A stretch of DNA of 64,000 nt from Ramazzottius varieornatus. Taxonomy: Eukaryota; Animalia; Tardigrada. A model generated the notes under the pieces. The model saw only the letters and a program-made list of their open reading frames with translations, had not been told where the DNA came from and did no database searches. The DNA lies in NCBI GenBank assembly GCA_001949185.1, contig BDGG01000003.1, forward strand, positions 500,679-564,678, in the 5' to 3' direction. The translations under genes were made by a program, and so were the position numbers. Positions 12,828 to 26,834 of the stretch are shown here, one piece after another (the first letter of the stretch is position 1; the number at the start of each line of letters is the position of its first letter).

Positions 12828-15282
12828 ATGGCCGTACCCCGTCGACCGATTCTTGTCGCCCCGGAGAGGGGCTTTGGATTTCATAAGATTATCTTCTGGA
12901 ATTTTCTACTACAGTTTTCTTCCACTAGCGAAGCGGGGCTCGCGACCTGGATGTGAGTAGCGGTGTTTGTTAGCGGTATCGTCGTCATCTGGAGAACTTG
13001 GCGACAATGTCTTCGTGCTCCGAACTAATGAGGTTCCACAAGTGGGAAACCTACTCTTTGGTGTTTTGTTGTCACTAGTTATGAGCATGCATCGTTTAAA
13101 CGGATTTCCAGAAAACAAGTTTTGTTTATTCTGCAGGCACGTTGGACTGGCCGCGTCGAGCGTAGTCAATGCCCCACTGCATCATGTGTCGGAAAACAGT
13201 GTCAACAATTGGCGCGAAGTGCGCACCGCCAGCGAAATAAAGCAAAGTTTACCGAACTTGGATTGGTGTCAGCGGATACCGGGTCTGGTCGAGCACCAAC
13301 TGGCATTATGTCGGCGCAGTCCCGACGTTTTCCGGAAAGTCACCGGGGCAGCTCAGCTGGCCATCCATGAGTGCCAGGAGCAGTTTCGTGGAGAACGCTG
13401 GAACTGTACCACCGTCAACGACAGCACCGTCTTCGGCCGAACTGCTGTCAAAGGTCAGTCGAGTTGTCCGTTGTTGGAAGAAAAACACGACACACTCCCA
13501 GCCCGTAGTTATACAAACGAAAAGGATTTGCTTTTCCAAGTGACGCACGGTTTCGGCCGATTACACTGACGATGTGCGCCACTGGGAAAACAATCAGACT
13601 CGTTGAGGTCGTTCCTCCAAGTGGCGAACACTCCCAGTGGATAACGCAGAAAGGATGCGCCACTAAGAAAAACACCTTTGTCGAGTGTTTGCCGATCTCT
13701 CATGTGCAAATATTGCTAGTAATGTTATTTCGAACGTTGCTATCAGTTCATGATCAGAAGTCGAAATCAGAAACTGACAAATTTCAGAATTCTTTTGTTA
13801 ATTTTCGGAGCGATATCTAGTTCGAAGTTGGAATTAGCTAACTGGTTGACTTCCTGTTTGTAGGCAACAAGGAAACTGCATTCATCGCGGCCATTTCTTC
13901 CGCCGCAGTAGTCCACGCCGTGGTACGAGCCTGCAGTGCGGGTAACCTGACGGAATGTGGCTGCGATACACGGCAAGATGGTCAGCACGCCGCTGGTGGT
14001 CAGTGGAAATGGTCCGGCTGTTCCGATCATGTCGAGTACGGCATGGAGTTCTCCCGCCAGTTCAATGATGCACCGGAGGAGATTAAACGCCGGGATGCCC
14101 GTTCCATCCGCGACGCCATGCATCTTCACAACAAGGCTGCTGGTCGAATGGTAAGTGGGGACCGAGGAGAAGCATATTCTCACTGTTTTCCTTTTGTGTT
14201 TGATGAAGTCGATTTTTTACGATAATGTGTCTGGTCAAAGTCAGGGAGGCTTACCTGAGATGCTCAGTGTCTCACAGGTACTCGTAGGCGAGGTCTGTCA
14301 TAAAAGAAGCGCATACAACAACAGAAACATTAACACGTCTGGCTATTCATTGATCAAGTTGCTAATCACCACCATTTTGTCTGTATCATTTGTGGGAAAA
14401 ACTGCTAAATGGTTTGTTTGTTAGACGTGTCATACTGTACCATTTATGATCTCCTCACAGCATTCTCTGTCATAAACAATGGAGAGACTTTACCTGACCG
14501 ACAGCTAGAAAGCTATAAAAGATCACTTTAATCAGTCTGACTGGAAACTCGTGCAACTGTTTTTAGTTTCTACAGTGTTGTGCTGAAATTGGCACTACGG
14601 AGAATGACACCGGTATTTTTTCTACAGATCGTACAGAAGCATATGCGACTCCAGTGTCGCTGTCACGGCGTCAGTGGTTCGTGTCAAGTCAAGACTTGTT
14701 GGAGTGTCATGCCGAAGTTCTCTTTTGTGGGTCGAGTACTGAAGAAACGCTATGATCGAGCGGTCTGGATCGCCAAACGATCTATCGTCAAGTTGAAAAG
14801 AAGAGGACTTAGCCAAGGAAAGGAAAGAAAGAAACCGATCAGAGGCGACGAACTGGTCTACCTGGAAAAATCCCCAAACTACTGCAAAGCCAATAAGAAA
14901 CGAGGTTTGAAATTTCAAGTTCAATTTCTTTTAGATTTTCTTTGATGGCGGATGTTTTAGGTATCATTGGAACGTCAGGAAGAAGGTGCAACTCAACGTC
15001 CGCCGGAGCGGATAACTGCGAGGAGTTATGTTGCGGACGAGGACATTACTCACGCGGTACGTGCAGACAGATCGGGCTGTTAAACTGTAAAATGCTTGAA
15101 TGAGCTTTCGAATAACGGAAAAAGCGGGCTTTTTGGCCTGAGGCTACAGCCTTGTTAATTGTCATCCGGTCTTTATTGCAGTTGTAACGCGAGTCCACAA
15201 GTGCCATTGTCGCTTCGTCTGGTGCTGCGAGGTCATCTGTCAAGAATGTGAGAAAAAGATTGAAGTGAATTTCTGCAAGTAG
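12828..15282 (+). CDS. WNT16: Wnt ligand, Wnt16 subfamily, multi-exon
   Basis: [24 protein letters not shown]...[32 protein letters not shown] (acylated-Ser motif), [22 protein letters not shown]. The N-terminal WMHVG and the SAGNLTEC motif fit Wnt16. Confidence 0.9.
13524..13705. repeat. Two tandem palindromic modules (Wnt16 intron)
   Basis: Spacers 13548-13574 and 13629-13655, both 27 nt; right flank GTTTGCCGATCTC. Confidence 0.88.
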
Positions 15283-15870
15283 AACAAGTAGGAAGAAAGG
15301 TTTTTGGAATGTGTTCCTGGAAAAGGATTTTTGCTGGGCTTTCACGGTTGATTGTTTACCTCTTCTTCTTGTCGCTTCATGGTTCCGTTGGCAGACGATG
15401 CAACATAAAAATGAAAAGCTCAGAGAACCCATCCAGAAAACAGCTTTTGACTTTCCCGAGGCTGGCTGATTTTTCAGGTCATCTTCCTTCTTCCTCTACG
15501 AATGTCTTCTACATGTTTTCCTTGACATACTGGCGATACTTCCATGCAAGCAGAATCAGACGGAATCATGCATGGAGGAGAGCTCGAAGAAGCGCAATGC
15601 ACGGGGTGAAGTTGGCGCATCCTCACTGACTACAATAGCTCACACCTGACCACACCCAAAAGATGCGCGTTACTCAATAGGAAGATCCACTCTGACAATT
15701 TTGAAGATTTCGGCCAACGTCCGTTCGTTCATTTGTGTGATGGTTGCAATCTCACTTTCGGTACAAACATCGGATAGCGAAACAGAAATGACACCACACC
15801 AGATCAGATCTTCGACGACCCATGTTCCATCGCACTCTCGAATAGCATACACGTACTATTCTAGTCTATC

Positions 15871-17791
15871 ATGGCCTTACCTCGTTGCAGGTTCTGCTTT
15901 CTCTTTCTTACTTTACTTCCAGCTTGTTACAACGAACCCACTGACCCACAGTATGGCGATCCGGAAACTCCATACTCTTCTGGTCGTGCTCGGTCAGTTC
16001 CTCGCCAAAACCGCGCACCCCTCGATTTTTTCGGAAGCCTCATGAGTAACAACCGCTCGACGCCGCCACGTTCCCGCAGTCGCACTTCTCAGCCTCAAGA
16101 CGATTATCCTCCCTACCCAGGAGATTACGGCCCAGCTCTTGCACCAGTCTTCGGTTTCGGCTTTGGCCCCGCACAAGCCGGTTGGGGCAGGAAGAACGAG
16201 CGCGTGGTGTATCTCGCCATCCCGCTTACTGCACTCTCGGCGTTACTAGCTTCGGGTCAGTTATCCAACCTCGGTCTTGGCACCGCCTATCCCGCAAGCT
16301 CTCCCCTTCCTCCATTATTACCGATTTCTGGTGGTTACGACGGTGGTGGAAGTAGTTATGCGGGTGGTACTACTTATGGTAGCAGTGCCTCGTACGGTGG
16401 TGCGTCGGGTGGTTACGTCAGTGGTTTGACTACGGGCTCGAACTACGGTCCATCCCATTTTGTTCCTTACGGATCGAACGGCGGTGGACCTTCACTGAAT
16501 TCAGTTTTGTTTGGTGGTACCGGTGCTGCTGCTGCTGGTGGTTCTTACGGATCAGGAAGCAGTTATGGAGGTGGTAGCACATACGGATCTGGTGGTAGTT
16601 ACGGAGGTGGGGACAGTTACAGAAACGGTGGCGACTCATATTCGAACAACTTTGATGGAGACAGTTATAACGGTGGTTCAGGTGGTGGTTCGTCTTATGG
16701 CGGAGGATCTGGTTCGTACTCTGGGTCTGGCTACTCGGGCTCGAATGGTGGTGGAAAATATGGTTCAGGTGGGTTTTCGAAAGGCGACGGAAATTACGGT
16801 GGAACGATCGATGTGAACATACCGTTGCCCCCTCCAATAAGGCCGCTGGGAGTCATCGGAGGTGGCGGTAGCGGACTGCCTTGTCTTCGAGGTCCGGGTT
16901 TTTATAGAAATCCCATTGACTGTAACAGATTCTATCGTTGTGTCGACTATCAAGGACCACCGATCGGGAATCGGTTCAGGGTTTACGAGTACAACTGCCC
17001 TATTGGTAAGACTCCTCAGCTTTTGAACCTGGAATGTCATAGAGCCCCGATTTCGTACTGGTAGGTACGGTCTACTCGACACAAGTGTGGGTGTGCGTCT
17101 GGCCTTACCAAGCTGAAGCTGGCTCATGCTACGTAGGCGATTCCGGCCTGGTCCCCAACTTGCCCGTACCCTTTCCGCCACCAGTTCCACCTCCGATTCT
17201 GCCCATAATTGGTGGCGGAATATCTGGTGGATATGGGGGAACATACGACGATGAGAAACCAAGCCTTCGTGGAAAGAGTATGGACGACGATGACGGGATG
17301 CCACCAAGGTCCTTGACGGATACTGTGGTCCTTACGACCACTACGCCCAACAGTTCGTCTAGCTTGCTGCAGCCGGTTTCTGGCAAACCCAGATGTCTCA
17401 GTGTGGTATGGTACTTACGAAGCTTCAGTCATGGTGTGGTAAAGTGAAAGTATCTGCTTGGCTGAAGGCCCCGTTTCTGCAGGGCTTCTTTGTGCACCCT
17501 TTCGACTGCACCCAGTTCGCCCAGTGCTGGAAGTCGACAACGGACGACGATGTAACGGGAAACTATTTCAAGTGCCCACCAAAGACTGTGTTTAATGCTA
17601 AAGTACCGGTAAGAGATGAAGCTTTGGTTGCCGATCCATAATTGAAGGAAACGCTACGTGCAGTATTGTATTATTGGAGACCCGAAGTACTGTACAAGGA
17701 TATCACGAATCCGTTTTCGCAGGTATGCGATGATCCAGCGAACGTACCCGACATATCCTCATCCTGTCTGCAACGAGTCCACTTAAAATAA
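15871..17791 (+). CDS. Secreted Gly/Ser/Tyr-rich protein with two chitin-binding type-2 (CBM14) domains
   Basis: Signal peptide MALPRCRFCFLFLTLLPACY; GGSYG repeats; CLRGPGFYRNPIDCNRFYRC...YNCPIGTVY...VC and GFFVHPFDCTQFAQC...FKCPPKTVFN...VCD. Confidence 0.85.
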
Positions 17792-18055
17792 TGTTCAGTT
17801 GCTCCATGACAAAGTCGATCCCTACGGGACACCCAACTTTATCCTCGGTGTGCTTCCTTGGATCATATTAACCACTGTGTACTTGCTTGGCGAGACATCC
17901 TGCTGTATTTGCCCGACAGATCTGTCATTGGAGGAAGCTGGCACTTCCGAGTGTGATAAAGGCACAGGTTCAAAAAATAACAATGTCATGCTGAGCTTCC
18001 ATCTGTCGAAGACAACACATGCCTGTTACATTGACATCAGAGGCTGCGGTGAATA

Positions 18056-19324
18056 TTAAGTGCGGAAGTATGACTTGTCCCCTTGGCCTCCGCCGAAGTT
18101 AAAAGTTTTTTTCTGACGCCATACCTCAATCGTTTTGATCAACTTATACATTCACACTAGCACGGAACTCCCGAGATTTTTTTGGGAGACATTTCGCTCC
18201 ATTGCTGCAAAAGCCTGAGAGAAAAAAACAATAATCTCCGTAATGCCACTTTTCAAACCCACTTCCGGGAAAATTTCTCTATCTCTCTGGAGAAGATCTT
18301 GAGCAGGTGATATTTTGTTAGCAGGAGGATCCCACTATAAGCAGCCTGAATGGGGAATTCCAGCTCCTGTTCCTGCAGTTTTGCGGAAGTGTTTTGCTCA
18401 GAGTGCACTGCGGAGCAGACATTCAACAGTAGCGAGTCCAGTCCATGAATTCATTTCGTTTGTTCAACGGGAAGGTTTCCATAAATAATGCCTGCTCGAA
18501 AGAGATCTAAAATAACGTTATCGCATTTCTGGACGAAAGAGATTTATAGCGGTCAGGCGTGTGAGGTGGCCATCAAAATGTAATCATGGTTCTCTTTCAG
18601 TGCCGCTCACGGTTCGAACTATTCTGTCGTGGTTTGCCCCTGGCAAAACATAACACTTCTCGCTTCTATAGAGTGCCGGTGTTGTCACGGACAGCAATGC
18701 GGTCTGCTATCAGCTCGTTCTTGTTCGCAATCAGGAAAGGGAAAAAAGGAAAAACTCTGCGTTATTTTCGGGGTGCGCGAAGTAAGTGGGGTACCAAATT
18801 CTCTTGTTTTTTCGCCCTCCTCGCCTTACTTAAATTTACTATGAGACTTTAGGGAGGAAGACCTTAGTCCTGTACGAATTATAACATAGTTTGGGAAGGA
18901 TCAGGTATGACATGATCGGTCAACACATTGTCGTCCACTTTCGATTTCAGTCTTCCGTAAGGATAGATTTTCAATGAAAAATCCCCAGAGCAAAACCGAT
19001 CAAGCTTATCCCCCACGGTAAAACAGTTAGGTGTCTCATCATAAAACACGGATCTGATTTTGTCGGCGGTGCGAGATGCGTTCGTGCCTCGATAAAATTC
19101 AAACACGAAAATCCCCGAAATTTCACTTATGCATGACTCTGTCAGAATAATTTCTCGCGTACTCCAGAGCTAAGAAACCTGAATTAATAGAGTATCAAAC
19201 AAGGAACAGGGGTTGGTAGACTGACAGGAGTAAATGTTTAGAACGAAAGGACGAGGGGGAGCAGAACTACGAGTTTTTGAAATCAAGATGTTTTAACGGG
19301 GACAAGTCATACTTCCGCACCTGA
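18056..19324 (-). mobile_element. Defective mariner transposon, ~1.27 kb
   Basis: TIRs T(C/T)A(G/A)GTGCGGAAGTATGACTTGTCCCC at both ends, each flanked by TA; minus-strand remnant EFYRGTNASRTA...RFCSGDFSL...GR matches the mariner N-terminal HTH; ORF broken. Confidence 0.9.
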
Positions 19325-19338
19325 TAATTAACAATATT

Positions 19339-20102
19339 TATTGTCACCCACTAAACTATTAATAAAATTGATCGCGAATACTTACATCAGTAAGTTTATC
19401 GTCACCCAGTTTTTTGTCCCCTTGCCAGTGCTAGTTTCCGCTTAGCCACAGCGTTTAAGCGGAAAGAGTGGCGGAAAGTATAACCCAAAAAACCAGCGCA
19501 CACGGCTCAAGGTTTCGGTAACATCCGCGTGCACAGATATGAGAGTGGCATTGAAAAACGCCAAACCCGTTTGATTCGAAAATACGCGGCATGTCGACAG
19601 GCCCAAGAGCGTATCGAGGTTCTTAAAAGGTCCGCAGTATGGCCCTTTTTCTACGATGTTGCCGGTCAGGCCCGTGCCTGGCACAACCCGGACTGACATT
19701 CCCCAAAAACTTCCACGAAAAAGGGCCAAATTGCGGACCTTTTAGGGACCTCAATGCGCCCTTGGATAGACCTGAATGTTCTTCGCTCTGGTGGGCTGCG
19801 CTCAGCAGGAAGTAAGCCTGATGCGGGGCCTCTTCACTCCCTCACATATCCCCTAAAAGACCATCTCTAAGAATGCAGTTACCAGGGTGGGTCCATGACT
19901 CCACTCTGCAGTTATTATTTTCGTTCGTGAAATTTCGAGCACAAAGTCAGACGAGCTCGTGTTCGATAGGTGAGTAACTTTTCTGGGTGTGTAGCATGTC
20001 ATAAAGAATTAGTTTCGGTGGGCGACAATAAAGTAAAGTGGGTTTTGACTATAATTTCAGTGGGTGCGAATAACCTTTTTGGGTTTTACTAGGTGACAAT
20101 AA
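19339..20102. mobile_element. Probable non-autonomous element with repeated inverted subterminal motifs
   Basis: TTATTGTCACCCACTAAACT at ~19339, related motif at ~19396, and inverted copies at ~20011-20031, ~20060-20073 and ~20090-20102. Confidence 0.45.
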
Positions 20103-20363
20103 CTCCACCCTAATCATAATCCTCAGTAGTATCTAGTAAAACAGTGTGAATGTGTGATCTCTCGTCCGCAGGTACGAGTGCTGCAAGCGAGTTCATGCTG
20201 TCGAGGAATTTGCTCCGATGATTGTTCGAAACACATTCCGTGTTCGGCAAATTAGTGGCAACACAGATTTACCTACATGCCTTACGTCAGCGAATAATTT
20301 ACAGTGCAAGCGGGAAAAGGAAGTTCGGGCCCGTAAATGCGGACGATTCCGAAACAGCGGAAC

Positions 20364-20445
20364 GGAAGTACAGTATGGAAGTACAGTAAATTCACACCCG
20401 GAAGTACAGTAAATTCACACCCGGAAGTACAGTAAATTCACACCC
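20364..20445. repeat. 23-bp tandem repeat (GGAAGTACAGTAAATTCACACCC)x3 plus a partial copy
   Basis: Full units start at 20377, 20400 and 20423. Confidence 0.95.
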
Positions 20446-21048
20446 ATGCACTTTTCGGCAGTTTCTACGGTTGGATTTTCAGTTTGTCGTCTTTCTGTCT
20501 GGCCCAAACTTCCTTTTCATGCGTGTAGGGCATTCGGTATCTCTGTACATCTGTGAGGCACCCGTGTACTGCGTTACCCTAAAGAATGTCATCAAGAAAT
20601 ACGCGCCATGTCCCTGACATTCGAAGAAAGTTTTTAATCAGCTGTAGCTCCTGCTGCAACACAACCGTAACGTTTATTGCAGTTTCTCTTTCTTTAAGGT
20701 ACGTGCGTTCGATCACTTGCGCAGACATCAAACAAAAAACACCATTAATTATGGTTCGCTTAGCAGTAATGGTTTCATGCGCCGTTTTACGACAAACACA
20801 AGTCTGAAATTGAGGAAATGACAGACGATATTCAAACTGTCAGAGACATTCAAAGGTGCAAAACAGTACGCCGTAAGAAGTGAAACGTCTCGCCTCGGGC
20901 TACCTGACATTATTTTCTCGCTCTCTCGTTTTTATGTGCGTGTAGACTACGTTCGGACTGCTGTCTCACTTTCAAGTTCACCACAAGCTAACGCACTTCA
21001 CAGTAAAGATCGCTATCGAAAATTTTTGATTTATTACGTATTTGTAAA

Positions 21049-24000
21049 ATGGATCAGCAGAGTCTAGGTTCTGGATCATTGGCTAGTGCGAATTCTCCGC
21101 AAAAGAGTATTCTACACCGACCTGTTGATACTGTCCGCGACGTGCTCCAACGTATCTCTTCCCATGAAGCAATTCCTCGGTTGGATCGAAGTCGGAGTCA
21201 CGTGGCTTTTCATCAGGATCCGGAACTGGAAACACATTTGGTTCAGCTGATTGATGAAGAGGAGGAAGAGAATGGCGATACGCTCGGCAAAGATTTAACC
21301 AGGAGGAGGAGGAGGAGGTCGGTGTCAATTGACGCCAGCCAAGAAGTCCGACGCGGGAGCGACGATACGTGCAACTCGCAAGAAGAGGAAAAGCTTTCAA
21401 GCAGAGGAATAAGCAACCCCGGCTTCGGCTTACCGGAGGTAAGAAAAAAGTAATATCTTTCGCTGAATCTGGGAAGCCGGCAAACAGAACGGACAAGATC
21501 GGTATTTCAAGTGGCGCGCACTTCCAGCCAACAACAATGAAAAGTGCGTCACTGTGAAAGATTATATTGGACGATTCGTTTGCCGACCTCCCAACTTACG
21601 AACCATCAGTCACGTGAATATTTTCTCAAATCCTTGTACAGCTGAGTACGGTTATGCAATAGTTTTAATTTCGGTTTGCGGTATTGCATGATGCCTGATC
21701 ATGCAGATCTATCTGCAGTCTTCTGGATCTATCGATTTTCCACATTCCGACCAACTTGATTGTTCTGATTGTCCAACTTGAGTGGTTTTTTTCAGAACGA
21801 TGAAGGACAGGACGAAGACCATCTTCCACCGCTTCGGCGCGACTCGCGCAATGGCCCTCGCTTCCAGGTGGAAAACGAGACCAAGCCACACACCTTTCAA
21901 ATCGGTCCCGCCATCGGGGTTTCGGAGTCGGACGTTAATCTCCATACGAAGGATCCGCATAAGATGCACCGGAGTCATGCTATTATGGATACTATCCGAC
22001 GGATCGGCTCGCGCGAAAACGTCCGTGCGGTATTCCATCGGAACCACAGTCACGTCAGCTTTCACGACCCGAAGGACGTTATTCAGGACCATGCGCGGAA
22101 GATCACTCGACAAGGATCTCGGCCTTTCGACCAGCAAGACGTCGAAGTATACCGGCGGGAAATTTCAAGTCGGGCTAGTCAACTGAAGCTGTGCGCTAGC
22201 CACCCAGCTTTTGAAAGGCTCATCCAGAGCTTCGATGAAGATAACGAGGTAAAGAACACACCGAAAAACTGACACATCTGCGAATAACTTCGCCCAGATT
22301 GTCAGCTCGAGTGGCGCAGGGTTTCTAATCGACAGCTTGCGCCACTTGTAAAAACGATCTTTAAGTCTGAACAAGACTAATTACTCAAGTGGCGCACACC
22401 TTCATTGTAACTGGTTCAGAGCGTGCGCCCCTTGAGGCAGCAATCTGGTCGAGTTCATTTGCTAACGCGTCAGTTGCGAAGAAAGCCGTGTTCGTAAACT
22501 ATTTTCTGCAGGATTCCGAGCCCAAAGTTGAGCCGATGGATAACGATACTCGAATGTGGAAAGCCTACATCGTTCCTTTTTCCTCCCCTCAAAAATTCTC
22601 TGTGAAGCAGCGCAACGCCAGTCAGGGCTTCGGACCCAACGAACCTCTACCCGTAGTGGAGAACTACGCTGTCGAGTCCGGTGCGAAGGTCCGACCTACC
22701 CTCGACGATCTCCGTCGTGAGCAAGGCATGGCCGAGGAGGAACTGGTACGGAATACCGGTAACGAAGCGTCTTTTGACCGAGCCAAACTCGGCTGGATCC
22801 AGGGGGTTGTTCTTTGGACCATTCAGGATCTGTGGGCAGTGCAGTTGTTCCTTCGGCTGCCGTGGCTAGCGGCGCAGGCCGGCATCGGATTGTATACTGT
22901 GATAGTGTTGGTCAGTACGGCTATTGCGTTGTTGACGTCGCTAAGTACTTCGGCCATCGCTACCAACGGAGAAATTGGAAGTAAGCGTCACTGTTCTTTT
23001 TGCATCTTTCCTCACACTGTCTGTGTCTTGGATTTTATCCAACTAAAACAACCTTGTATTTTTGCAGTCGGTGGCACGTACTTTATGATTGCAAGAAGCT
23101 TGGGCCCAGCCTTTGGCGCAGCTATTGGAGTGATTTTCACTTTGGCAAATGTCATCAACATCTCGTTGAATTTGCAAGGTTTTGCCGACATCGTTGTCAT
23201 CCTACTGAACGTAAGCTCAGACGTTAAAAAAGGGGCTACTGTGCTGAAGTTGAAATCTAGTCTGTATCTTCGGAATAGTAGTAAAAGTACTGTACGTAAC
23301 AGGGACAGTCGCGATTTGACAAAGCCCAGGGGCTGCAATGCGGATTTTGATTTTGAGCCCGTTTTCTACAAACATTCAAAAATTTCTTTTCACACTTCGT
23401 TGTTCGCTACATTTATTCGTGGTTTTCAGGAACATGGCCAGCGTATGATCGATCACGTGAACGACACACGCATTATCGGTGTCATTGCGTTGGTGGCGCT
23501 TACGCTTTTTACCCTAGCCGGTATGGTCATCGCTTCTCGGGTGAAAACCGTGTGCATGATCGTCATCATCGTGGGCATATCTGCTGTGTAAGTGGTTTCA
23601 TCGCCAAACTTCCATTTTTACCAAAGCCGACAATGTACTTCAGGTATATTCTTCCCACAGCATTATTGGCTCGATAGTGCCACCAAACCTCCAGGAACAA
23701 GCCGCCGGCTTCGTCGGTTACTCATCCTCCCTCTTCCGCGAGAACTTTGTGCCATACTTTCAGCGAGACAAGTTCGGCGATCAGAACTTCCTGACATGTT
23801 TCGCCGTCTTCTTCCCATCCATCTCCGGAATCCTAGCAGGAACATCCATCACGGGAGACCTACGTGACCCGTCAGGTGCCATCCCCAAAGGTACCTTCGT
23901 GGCCACCATCATCTCGGCCACTGTCTACCTCGTACTGGGATGGGTCTCGGCCGCAGTGGTGCTGAGAAATGCCAGTGGAAAAGTGGAAAACTTGATAGCG

Positions 24001-26834
24001 GGCAACTTGACGGCTTGTGCCAGGGATATCACGTGCAAGGAAGGGCTGCTGGGCAATATGGAAATCATGGGCATCATCAGTCACTTTAGACCGTTGATTA
24101 TCGCTGCGACCTTCGCGGCAACGATTAGCACGTCTATCGGGTGTATTCATTTCGCGCCAAAGGTCTTCCAGGTAGGTCAGATTCCGTTTGTAAAATGATG
24201 AGTTGGCTCTTACGACTTGGTGTTGTAGGCGTTGTGCCGAGACAAGATATTCCCTGGAACCGCCATCTTTGGCAAAGGTTTTGGGCATCACGACGAACCG
24301 TATCCGGCGTACCTACTTTCCATGCTGGTCGCTGTTGCCTTTCTCATGCCATGTATGTTTTCCTATAAAAAACCAGAAAGCAAAACCTTTCACTTTACTC
24401 TGGATTAACGTATCCAGTAGAGTTTAAAGCATTCCAAGCACTGTCAATTGCGTACAATGATTCCGTTCTTAAACCTCTACCGTCTCCAGTGTGATCCATT
24501 TTCCGACGGTTTTTTCCAACATGTCTCCGGTAACAGTGACTAAAGTCTGGACTGTGAACGGTGGGTGGCTTTTTTTCAGCTGACCTGAACTTTATCTCGA
24601 ACATCGTCTGCAACTGCTTCCTGATGACGTACGCCTTGGTTAACTACGCCACATTTAATTCGTCCTATTCAAAATCCCCAGGTATGCAACTTTTTGTATT
24701 CTAGACGATCCACTTCTTCATGGTTGTAGTCTAACAATGTCTCCATCAGAATATATGTTGTGATCTTGTTTAGGGTGGCGACCAACGTTCCGGTACTACA
24801 ATCAATGGTTGAGCCTCTTTACGTGCGCCGCCTGCCTGGCATTCATGTTCGCTTTGGACTGGATGTCGGCCATCATCGTCTTCCTACTCTCCGTTGTCCT
24901 CTGGCTGTACGTCTTCTACAAGAAACCCGACGTCAACTGGGGTACCTCCGGTGAAGCCAACGTCTACCGCAGCGCCCTCTCCGACAACCTCCGACTACTC
25001 AAAGTCCAGACACACGTCAAGAACTACCGACCGCAGATTCTTGTACTGACTGGTCTACCGTTCGTCCGACCCTCGTTGGTCTACATGGCCAACAGCATAA
25101 CTCGGTCCACCGGCAAGTGAATCCGCTGCTTCGTATGCACGAATAGATACTCGAACTTCTATGTTACAGGTCTAGTGATCTGTGGACACGTGATGGTCGG
25201 CGAACCCATCCGCGAACGCACTGTTCTTGAGCAAGAAGTCTACCAATGGTTCCGCCGAAGGAAGATCCGTGCCTTCTACGAGTACATTGCCGCGGACAGC
25301 ACACTGTTCGGCGTGAAGGCTCTTCTTCAAACAGCGGGTATGGGCAAGATGAAACCCAACATTCTGATGATGGGATACCATTTGAACTGGGTCCAGTGGA
25401 ACCCGGTGTCCATGAAGGAGTACGTCCAAGTCATCCATGATGCATTTGATGCCAATCGAGCAGTCATCATCTTCTGCGCAAGGGAGGGCTTCGATATTTC
25501 CGAAGTGGTCAACTTTGAAAAAATTTGTGGTGACAACGCTGCAGCCTCATTGGACACTGGTACAGTCACAAAAATGACTCACGATCCAATTTTTTTGGCC
25601 ATGCTGACGATGTTGTCACAGACCACACATCGTTTCTTCATCTTTTCTGACTAGTGCCATTTTCTACGGTATTTTCGAGACAAGCAGAATAAGCTGGCGG
25701 TTAGTTGTCCACGGACTGACTGTTACTCTTGTGTTTCAGATGGAAAGGATGAACCCGAGTCCGAGCCGGAGAACAGAGCCGCCATTCCGCTGGAGGTCAA
25801 TCCAACGGACAATCCAGAGTTGAAAGCACGCATTGAGATGGCCGAACGGTTCGAGCCCGGCAGGAAAAAGAAATGTGCGGGCGAGGTGCACGTCTGGTGG
25901 TTGTACGATGATGGCGGTCTAACCTTGCTGGTGCCACACTTGATGCGTAGGAAGACGCCTTGGAAAGGCAGCAAGCTTAAGGTCTTTTGTCAAACTGGCA
26001 AAGACGGTAACGCGGAAGAAACCAAGAACAGCATGGAGGCGTTGTTGAACAAGTTCCGCATTAAAGTCGATGATATCATACCGGTGGATTTGTCTATTGC
26101 ACCTTCAACAGACGCGTATGTTCGGATCTTTCGTTATGATCATTTTTTAAAATCATTAGTAAACCGTTCAACTCCAAAATCTGGAACTTCGGCACGCGAA
26201 TTGGCCCAGATCGTTCTCAAGTGGCGCACTTTTCCAGCCAGTAACAACGAAAACGTGCGCCACTTGTGGTAACGATTTGAGTAATTCCAGTTGATCACGT
26301 CCCGAACATTTGAAAGTCCTGTAGACTGTCGCCATTATTGAGTCTGGATAAGAATATTTCTCTGCGGGTTTTAATTTCGTATTCTACGCGAAACCGCTTT
26401 CATTATTTCACCTTTGGACTTTTTTGCAGGATAAGTTCTTTCAATAGCGTGATCGAAGCCCAACGGATGCAGGCGGGCCACGTCAACGACCCGCATTATG
26501 TCATCGGTGACATGGATTGCTTTGATTATGGTGATCGGACTATCAAGCAGATTCGGTAAGAGTTCGTTCCTTTAGAGAGCAGAACGTCTCAAAAGTTTTG
26601 AATTGCTGCTTGAAACAATTCACCCGCTGAATCATTTCTCCATCTGCCAGGTTGAGAGAGCTCTTGTTGGAGAATTCAGCAGCGGCATCGTTGAATGTGA
26701 TCACCATGCCGTTACCCAAACGCGGAAGGAGCAGGGCCTTGTACATGGCCGTGCTAGCCAGCATGAGTGCCGGTCTTCCGCCCACCTTGCTGGTCAGAGG
26801 AAACCAGGAGAACGTTTTGACGTTCCATTGCTAG
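21049..26834 (+). CDS. SLC12 cation-chloride cotransporter, NKCC/NCC-like, multi-exon
   Basis: KLGWIQGV, LFLRLPW, SAIATNG, GGTYFMIARSLGP, FAVFFPSISGILAG, DVNWG, HVKNYRPQILVL, VWWLYDDGGLTLL, LLVRGNQENVLTF; RFQV motif in the N-terminus. Confidence 0.93.
21469..21594. repeat. Palindromic module with outer inverted arms (SLC12 intron)
   Basis: Spacer 21519-21544 (26 nt); outer GGGAAGCCGGCAAAC...GTTTGCCGACCTCCC. Confidence 0.85.
22280..22466. repeat. Two tandem palindromic modules (SLC12 intron)
   Basis: Spacers 22319-22337 (19 nt) and 22397-22423 (27 nt). Confidence 0.88.
26184..26279. repeat. Palindromic module (SLC12 intron)
   Basis: CAAGTGGCGCA, spacer 26229-26255 (27 nt), TGCGCCACTTG. Confidence 0.9.

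Noticed and set aside
13524-13705. CRISPR array (palindromic repeats with fixed-length variable spacers)
   Set aside because: Eukaryotic intron, at most two units per locus, arms inverted around the spacer rather than direct repeats, and no cas genes; kept as an unexplained repeat family instead.
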